From a virus (lineage: Duplodnaviria; Caudoviricetes), in IMG/VR virus record IMGVR_UViG_3300009671_000009, positions 160,467 through 224,466 of that record: a DNA stretch of 64,000 nucleotides; one strand, 5' to 3'. Both the position numbers and the translations under genes were made by a program. Positions 21,201 to 30,900 of the stretch are shown piece by piece (positions within the stretch are counted from its first letter, which is position 1; the number at the start of each line of letters is the position of its first letter). Below the pieces are notes generated by a model. That model did no database searches. It saw nothing but the letters and a program-made list of their open reading frames with translations, and had not been told where the DNA came from.

Positions 21201-24200
21201 GCATTCTTCTGCCTTCGGTATTTGTATACACCTCTGCACTTCTAAGGACTCCGCGGTCATCTTCAAACATTGTTTTAAATGTTTCTCGACCTTTGCGGTT
21301 CAAGATATCCTCTTCAAATAATGCTTGGTTTCTAGCTATCTCAAGAGGTGTTTTAGCTCCAGACTCAATCCACGAACTAACATCTTCCGTAAGCCTGGCA
21401 ACTCCTTTATCTAGATCGTCTAAGGCGACCTCAAACGACTTAGGTTGTCTTCCTTGCAACAATCCTCTTAGTTCTGGTGAACCAATAGAGCCTTGCTTCC
21501 ACGTACCAGGAGTAATAAAGTCATCACTCGTTAAACCGTATTTCGCAAACACTTTCTGTGCTTCGTCTGATCTGATAACATCCATGTACTCTTGTGAAGA
21601 TAACTGAATTGCTCCAATTGAAACACCTTTGGCAAGAGCAAATTCTGGAGCTACTGCTTTAGAAAGTTCGGTATAAGACTTCAACTCAGTTCGTGAAAGT
21701 ATGAACGGATTTAATCCTATACCTCTCCTGTGTGCAATATTTTGTAATTTATCTTCTAACTCTTTGACTGTGTATGGATAGTAATTTAACCACTGACGGA
21801 GATTTGGACGAGCAGCACTTTGCATGGCCCCAAATGGAGAAAAGTCTCTTTCTGTCATCATACCATAGAAGCCTCTGGATAGCTTTTCTGCCTTAACACC
21901 TTCTCCTGTCAATCTATTAATTATTTTTGCTTTGACTGGATCGTCTCCATATTTCTCTGTAGCCCATTCTTTGAACTCCATGAGAAATCTTCTTTGCTCA
22001 TGTAATTTAAGATCGTCTAGGCCTTTTGCTTGCCTGTTAAGTCTATCAGCTGCAAATTCAGGAACTAAAGCTCTTATATCAACTTCATGACGTCGTAAGA
22101 TATCGGCATCGTTACCTCTAACATTAAGACGAAATGCCTCTTCAAACGAATCTCTAGTTGATGCTCTCGAAGCTCCAGAGGCTTTTTCAAATATACCTCG
22201 GACTGCTCTACTAACTCTTCTTTGAGCTGCTTCCACATCAGGGGCACCAGATAAAGGAGCAAGATACTTGGCTACTGTACCTGCACGTCTGCCAAGAGTT
22301 TTAGTCAATTCATCGTATAGGTCAGTAAGTACGAACCCTTTACCTAAACGAAATTGATTGACTTTTGATTCTCCTCCTAATATTATATTCCCTGCGTCGG
22401 TCAGCATTGGGAATTCCATTACAACTGCATTTCGAGGAATTGCACCTGTCCTGGCTGCATTTAGTACACTTTCTAATGTACTTCTGTCACCGCCATGAAC
22501 ATAAAGATTTATTCTGTTGCCAGCTCTCGCTACATGTACACCAAGATTGCGATCTTCGTAAGACTTGATAATGCTTTCTAGAGCCTTACTCATTTTTCCC
22601 CTGTTAGTTTGTGATGTGGTTAATCCGTCAAACAAAGACGACACATAGTCGGGATATTCAAAAGCTCTTGATTGTCTCTTCGCAGCCGCAATAGAATCGG
22701 TGGCAATCTCCGCTGCTCTGGCCATGTCAATTTGCACCATTCTATTTTTAACGCTTTCTACTGGAACATTGATATTTTCTTTCAAGACTAAATCTGAATG
22801 TTGTAGGATATTTTGCAGCTTCTGGGCACGATAAAAAAATGGTGATTCCATGCCTGCAATTTGGTCAACGTGCGATTGAGTAAGATATCCTCTTTCCCGT
22901 AGATCAAACAGGGCTTCATTAAATAAAGTGTTTCTGGATACATCTGCCTCTAAAGATCCAGCCTTGACGCGACTGTCAAGATTACTTTTTAAGGCACCAG
23001 CAAATCCCTCTGATCTTATTGATATTCTATTGCCAAGAATTTCAACTGTTGGATCCCAGGCGCGGTTAACGACCTCAGTATCGACTGGGAATTCTTCTTT
23101 GAGTCTGCTATAGAAATTTTTAAACGCTAAGGTTTTTTCGTGCGGAGACAAATCAGACTGATCAGCAGCTTCAATAAATCTAGTTAAGGCTCCAGACTCT
23201 GCTGATATCCTACCATACATTGTACCAAGGTCTCGTTTTTCAGTAAATGAAAGTCTATTGTACTCATCAAGATCTCCACCAAAAGCCTTAACCATCCGTC
23301 TCATTGATGAGTAGCCTTTGCTGTCTACGCTACCCCACCTATGGATAGCTTGTCTGGCAAGATCTTCTAGGCCCTCTTGTCCAAGCACGGCACTCTCTGG
23401 ATTGATATATTGCAGAGCTCCTCCTTGGATCTTTTTTCTTACCTCATCAATACTTGATCCAGTTAAAAATGCAGATCTCCCTAAGTCTGTCGAATAGAAC
23501 TTAGCAATGAAGACATCATTATCTTGAAACATTCCTTCATAACGATAAACCGCTCTTCTGTTAAATACCCAGTTGTATACATTGCGTCCATCATCGTCTA
23601 TTGAAAAGTCTCTGCCTGTCCCTCTTACGCCTTGCATCGACATAAACATCTGACCAGGTTCCATAGGAGCCGTAGAATAGCGAAGCATGTTACGAACACC
23701 TGGTTTGATAGAAGGAGTAGAAACTACACCTTTGTCAAACATTCTAGCAATTGGGTCAAAAGCAAAGCCGAAGATTTGTTCTTGGGAAGCTATGTCAAAG
23801 GCACCCATGTGGGCTGAACCTTTAATACCCATAAGCCCCCTCATGGCATCCATGGTCAAAAGCCCTTCTTGGTTTGTGCGAAGAAATGTTCTTAGTTGAC
23901 CGCTTACTTCTCTTCCTATTTGTCTTCTAACTTTTCTGTTGGCTTGAGAGATGTCGGTAAAACCTCTCTCTTGCAAAGCCTTGTTAAGCAACATTCTGCG
24001 ATATAATATTGTCGGATCGTTATGCGTAATTCTGAATAGGTTGAGAACATCAATAGGATGATTTTGCTGACCATTGGCAATCCCTATCAATTCAGCCCAT
24101 TTCCCTTTGCCTCCTCCAGCATCTACAATCTTCTGCATTGCTGGGAAGTCGAATGCATCTGAGTTAAATCCAACCAGAGTAAATTGGCTTCCTAATAATC

Positions 24201-24924
24201 TGTGGGACTCAAAGAAATCTCTAACCTTGGTATGAACCTGATGTTCTGGAACACCGTGTCTAGTTATATTTGTAAGACCTCGCTCCATAAGATCATATTC
24301 CGCGTTGGTAAAATTAAGATTTCCTGTCGCTTTTTTGAGATTAAAATCGCTATGATATTTTACCATATTGGTAGCTGGATCAATTGTTCCTTCTTCGGCA
24401 TATCTCATAAAGCTGGCAATGGCAAAGCGCTCCTCTTTAGTGAGAGCAGCTCCAGATCTTGCTTTTGTTATTAACGATTTAAATCTTTCAGTCTTGATTT
24501 CATTTGGTGCCACAGCAATATTTAGCATGCCTTCTTGTCTTCCGAAGTTTGCGTATTTTGCCATGGCTATTTCAGTTGCATGGAAGAGATCGCTATCTAG
24601 TTTCAAACCTGTTGTTTCAAGGTCGAACATAAGAAAAGGATCCCTTCCAATTCTCTGTCTAAAATTCTGAAATGATTCAATCGTCTGCTGCGCATCAAAA
24701 TGACCCATACCTGGAGCACTTATATAACTCCAAGGAGCAGCATGTGGAATTGGATTAAGGGCTTTATTTGTCCAACTCTTCTGGGTATTGTCAATGCCAA
24801 ATCGCTCAGATCGTCCTGCGCCAGCATTAACATTTTTAAAACCTAATGATGAATAGAAATGCGAAGTATTATTAGAAACAACTTTGATTCCTGCATTTCT
24901 AAGCATCTCATCGTATTTGCCCAT
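18229..24924 (-). CDS. Single-chain two-barrel (beta+beta'-like) RNA polymerase with N-terminal DEDDh exonuclease; putative virion RNA polymerase (2231 aa)
   Basis: NADFDGD at 19690-19710, preceded by 'MRDP' and '[10 protein letters not shown]' (beta'-like). Beta-like motifs '[19 protein letters not shown]' (20584-20640) and '[11 protein letters not shown]' (K1257/K1264). DEDDh motifs 'FDLETTG', 'GFNSDAFD' and 'HMGAFD'. Confidence 0.85.
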   Translation of the reverse strand: [2231 protein letters not shown]

Positions 24925-24936
24925 TTTGTTCTCTCC

Positions 24937-27900
24937 TTAGAGTAAAGTGTCCATATTGTTGTTAACGAACTCTATTATCTCTTGCCTGCGATCCTTGTCA
25001 ATGTGTACATCCATTTGAACCCCAGCATTAGGTGAAGACTCTACTATTACGTCTACATCTTCGAGCCCTATGCCTTGCATGATCTCTATTAGATTTCGAC
25101 GCAGGTCTTCGCCCTTAAATGTTGATTTATTGATTGGCATCCCTGGTGCTTCATTGGTTTCTGACTTCTCAACATCCTGTCTCCAGAAACCGAACTCAGA
25201 AAGGTCAAGTCCTTCATTGCGCACTACGCGAACTTTAACATCGGCTAGATCTTTTGTTCCAGACCAGCCTTCCCATCCTGCCTGCGGAAGATAATGGTTT
25301 TTGAAATACTCTTCAAGATCAGGTCTTGCGTCTGGTCGCATTCCCCAGGCTGCCTGCAAGAATCTCCGCTCATTCTGAGGAACAAGTTCGAGGATTTCTT
25401 TGCGCTCTTCTGGCTTAGCTTTGATAAACTCAGCAAAGTATTCGCGTTCTTTTGAGGGCATGGCGCTCATTATTTTGCGAATGCCGCCTTCAGCATCAGC
25501 ACCATAGAGAGTCGATTCAGCAGCATTTTTATATTCGATAGCGATCCTTGCCCAGTTTGGAATATCTAGAAGTTCTTTATTTTTTGAGATAATATCTAGC
25601 TGTGCATTGATTTCTCTTAATCGAGGATCTTCTTTAAAATATTCGCTGAACTTAGTTTTGGTTTGATAATAAGCTCTTCTTTTGGCTTCCTTCTCATCAA
25701 ACTGTCCTTTAATTCTCTCTATCTCTTTGTCTTGAGCTCGATCAATTGATTTTCGCAGCCATTTTGGAGTGCGCTCTCTGATGCCACTCCATTTGTCTTC
25801 TGCTTCTTTAACAGCCGACCACTTGTCTTTGATGATATTGTCGATTTCCCGATCCCTTTTAGCTCTCATACGCTCAATGTCGCGTTTGTATGTCTCTGTC
25901 GCCTTGCGCTTTTTTGGTAGCTGCTCTAATTTTAGTTGTAATTTTTCGTTTTCAAGATCTCTTCTTAATTGCTTGGTTATGTTGCGCTTCTTCCTAAGTT
26001 CGTCGTAGAGTTTTTCGACGTTAAAGCCTTCTTCTTCGGCTCTGCGTTTTGCGTATTCATACATTCCTTGATACTTGATATAATCAAGAATATCAAAATA
26101 CTCATTTATCTCACGCTCTTTACGACGTCTCTCAGGAATCCATCTTTCGTCGCTAAACACATCATGAAGACTTCTTGCACCAGATAGAGCGGCAAATAAC
26201 AACGCTCCATACTTAGCGCCTTTAATTCTTCTTGGCATTGAAGTTCCATAAACCAAGCCGCCCAGAATACCTCCACTGATAGCAGCACTAAACATGTCTT
26301 TAGAAGCAATACCAGATATAGCAGGTTCGAGCTGGTCTCTAATAGACCATGACTGGAATGACTTACCGAAAACTTCCCTTCTTTTGTATTCTTCTAAGGG
26401 AGAAGCAACATGTAGGAATTTGGTATGGAAAGGAGTGTCTGCATGAGCAAAGCTCTCCCATAACGAACCCAACATAATTTCTGGGCCACTAAACCTGGCG
26501 TGAACTCCTGCTGAAGACCAATCTGTCTCTTTCTCAGTAGCTAGACCTGCACGCATCATTGCGTAGTTAAGATTTTTGCCTCGAGCAAATACGACCGCTG
26601 CCATACTTCCCATCGAATCATTAGTGCGTCGCTCGCTTTCGTTGACATCGACGCCGATAGTCAATGCAGCCCCAGGATAGATAAACTTGTTGATGAATTC
26701 TCTGGTTTGGTCTGCACCTTGGGCACTAGAGACAGTGATACCTGCCATCCTGATTGGAGTTGTCGGATGCTCGCGCGTTAAGAAGGTTTGATTATCTAAG
26801 ACCTCGGTAACATGAACCTTCTCTCTGACAATATCAGTATACTTAAAGCGATATGGAAAGAACCTGTGCTTCTTCTTCATGTCAGCTACTCTATCTTTGG
26901 TATCGACTATGAATTTTTTAATCTGTTCTTTCTCTTGTCGTTCAGAACCAGTAATTCCTGTAAGATCTGAATATTCTTGGCTTACATATTTAGCATAGTA
27001 TCTATATTCATCAGAATATGGAGCAACATCAGCCAGAATAGCAAATCGATGTAGTGGATCATAAAGTTCAAACTTGGATACTTTGCCTTCATCTATTAAT
27101 GCTTTGATTGTTGCTCTTATGCCTTCTAGTTTGTCAACCAGTCTTTCATATCTTCTGTTGTCAAAATCAAAGCCTATGTATTTTGTCTGTGACAAATCAT
27201 CTCGATTGACATATTGTATTCCGCCTTTTTTGATGCCCAAAGCGTGTTGATAAATTGTTATCTGATCAAGATGCTCTTCAAAAGCTCCTTCTTTCATCAT
27301 GATGTCCCAGCGTCTTTGATTTACTGTTTTAACATCTACTACAGTTGGAGTCCCGTGTAAGTTGAGAATAGCATCGTAGTGCCCTGTAGATCGAGCTTTT
27401 TCATCATACACAAGTTCTTCCATTGACATCAGAATACCTTTTTCTTGCCACATCCGCTGATATGCTTTGTGGATTTTTGTACCTTCCGCCATGGCATTTT
27501 CTGCACTATCAAAAATTGGGGCGTCTTCAATGTTTAAAAGCTTATTAATAATCGTCTCTTCGTCTTGACCAGCTAACGAAGCACGGATAACCATATTTTC
27601 TGGATGATAATTCCAGAGAGCTTCATATCCGCCACCAGGAAGTCTTGCTTCGCCGCGGGGAATCTTAACATAAGGATCGCCTCGCTTGAAGTCTAAGAAA
27701 TAGTTCTCTCCAGGCATCCAGCTTGGCATAGTATTGGGGATCAGATTTATATCTAAATCTTGTTGGTATCTTCGGTCTCTTGGTAAGAACCGACGTCCAA
27801 TTTCCGAAAACTCCCCACCAAAACCGCCAAGGTTTTGATCCCAGAACGCCCTAGAGTAACTAGTCATCCTAGAAGAATCTTGGAGAACTTTCATCGAATC

Positions 27901-30900
27901 AATTGGTTGTCCAGTAAGACCTTGAGCCATAAAGCCGTAAATACCGCCCATTTCAGTCAGGCCGTAGTATGTTTTGGCACCAACATATTGCAAGCTATTT
28001 GTCTGAATAGCTCCTTCAAGAGATGGAGGTTGTTGTGAAGTATCCCACCGCGACGGAACAAAAATTCTTTCTCTTAAGGATTTGGGCTTACCACTGTAGG
28101 CTCTGGCAAATTCCCCCTCATTGATTGACGCCACAGCAGCTCTCCCAGAGCCAGTAGAACCAGCAACGCGGTATCCTAACCCTTTTTCGCTACCTCTGGC
28201 AACTTCTTGGAAGTTTCTTGCTGGGCCAATGTCTCCAACAATAGAGATGTCGCCAGAAGGTGTGATGTAGGCAAAGTTACGATCTGCTTTATCTTTTTCT
28301 CTCTGATTAAGAGTAGAAATATGTTCTTGGGAAACTTCCGCGGCATATCGTCGCATTTCCTCTTCATGCATCCGTTTTGGAGGTTTGAGCATGTGCCCAA
28401 CAGCAGCTGACAACGTAGCTCCAGCAACAGGTATATCTGAAAACTCTGAAATAGGCCCTGTTGTAGGGTAGGGCCTGTCGTAGTAATGTTTACGCTCCCA
28501 ATGATACGGATCTGTGATAAAATGTCTAATAGGAGCCAGCGGATATCTTGGAGTAGGAAACCATGCATTTCTATAATACTCTTCCCTAGAACCGTACATA
28601 ACGTCCGTCATCTTATAGTCAGCGTATGCCATTCTTCGTTCACTTGGAAGATAGTATTCTATCTTTCCTCCGACGTAAGGGGTATTATGAAGAATTACTG
28701 ACAAAGAACAAAAACTATGGTTTTCGTCAACCTCATAGTCATAAACTATACCACGATAGCCACTATCAACAACCTCGCGAATCTTAATATAAACATATTC
28801 ATCATCAATGTATATATATTTGTGAGTTGAGTTGCTTTTTTGCGGAATAATCTTTTGGTCTATTTTATAAGATTCTAGTTGTAATGCTAAATCTACTGCT
28901 CCTTTGCCATCAACAATGAGTCTCCAACCTACGAATTCTTTGCCGTCTAGCAATGTATTGTGTTTTATAACGCTATTGGGAATTCCAAAAGAGAACAATA
29001 CGTTTCTTACAAATAACAGATGCTCTAAAGTTGCAGAAGTTATATTAAGTTGGCAGGAATTTCCCACGACAACACAGTGTCCATCCCCGTCGAACATTCC
29101 TGCAATGAATCCCAACATGAAGTCCTTGCACTTGGTCATAAGTATACGAGAAGGACTCTTTTTTCCAGCGCAGTACAGGACTTTTTCAATCCATTTAACT
29201 AATTTTCTAGAACATGCAATAATTTTTATTCCATTGTCTGAAGTTTGTTCTAATCTAGTTTTGCAACCAAAATATTTATTGACAAAATATGCAACAAAGT
29301 TTGCCAAGTGTGATTCTTCAGAATTCAGATAAATCTCTATAGAATATCCTTTACCCTTTACTTTTTTCTTAATAGAACCTTCTGCAAGATACAGTCCTAA
29401 GAAATAGCCTACTTCTTTATTAGAAGAAATATCATATATGGGCTCTGTACATGTACCAACCTTTGGCCTTGGGAATGCTAAATAGTCTCCTGCTTCCAAG
29501 TCCCTTGCCATTGTCCATTTTGGAGTCCAAACAAAACGTTCATTACAAAACCTGGGATATGGACACTTATCGCACATCTTATTCTGCCTATCGGGTCTGC
29601 AATCAACAACGGTGTTTGATGGACACTTTTTCTTTTTAACTGCAAGATACGGATGGTTATCGGTCGTAGTCGTTGCAATAGGAAATGTGTGAAGTTGAAC
29701 TTCTGGAGCCCATTCGTCGTCACGCATGTTTCTTACAATTACATCTTTGACAGGTTTTAACTCTCCAGTGTGAGTAAGAAGAAGATCTCCGATTGCAACT
29801 TGTTCAGCGCGCTTTGATTCGGCAAAATTAACCAGAATAAGGGTATCTGGTGTGACACAGTTTCCAAGGAACCACCATCTACCTTTGCGCATTGGGCGCA
29901 CGCCTGCGTCTTCTTCACGGACTTCTTCTAAGCTCTTAGTGGGATCGAGGAAATGGAACCCTGGTAACTCCCATATTAGTTCGGAACCAGGAGTTAGCCT
30001 CGCGGAACGTTTAAAGAAATCGGTGATACCAGTGGCGTCACGCACAGAAGCAAGTCCTTCTCTGGCACCTTCTTTGACATCTGCCAGCCATTGCTGGCCA
30101 GTCTTGCCTGTGATATTTCCGAATTCCCAGGATAGATAACCAAGAGCGCCGACACCCAATAATGCTGGTAAGTATCGTTTAGTTATCATATTCCCAAAAA
30201 GTGAAGCTGCAGAGCTTGTGCTTTCTGGGCCAAGTCCGACACCTAAGTAGGATAGAGCTTCTTGAATACGTCCAAACGGCATGTGATAAGCAAACATAGA
30301 AGTTCTAGTAAACTTATCCATGTTATATCTGCCCGCAGTAAATTGTCTGGCCCAGTCGAGCATTTTGTCCTGAGCAGCAGAACGTTCTTTCTCGGCACCG
30401 TTAAGAGCAGCGATGAGATCTTTACCAGTTACTTTTACTGAATCTCTAACCATAAAGAACTCAGTACCTCTGGCGATTTCTTTTTCTGCCGTCAACGGCA
30501 TTGGGCCGTAAGAATACCACGGAGCACGATTGCTCATATAGTCTGTAGCGCCAGCGCTAATGATACTGATGCTATTATCTAATTCATTTTTTATATCATC
30601 AACTGATGCATGACTCATGAACACATCAAGGGCCATGCCTTTTGCGTTGATGTCTCCTGTTTGTATGAGATTAGACGCAATATCACGGAAATCTCTGCCA
30701 GAGTTTTCGCGTACCTGCTCAATTAACTCTTGTTGAACTAAGCGCTTGATACTCTCTTGCTTTGTAATCATATCTCGCTCGGCAAAAAATTCACCGAATT
30801 GCCCAATATCTGGCCACTTATTGGAATAGGTCTTCATATTCTTCATAAAAGAATAAGGGTCTCTACTATAAGCGTTCCAGTTTGTAAGGAACTCCTCGCC

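Noticed and set aside
18229-24924. Host rpoB/rpoC gene or DNA polymerase III epsilon
   Set aside because: Far too diverged from cellular RpoB/RpoC, shorter than the two combined, and embedded in a phage tail operon. The DEDDh part is only one domain of the ORF.
27100-27560. Cas4-like motif suggesting a CRISPR-Cas locus
   Set aside because: No repeat-spacer array, no other cas genes and no Fe-S cysteines; it is a PD-(D/E)XK domain inside a giant virion protein.
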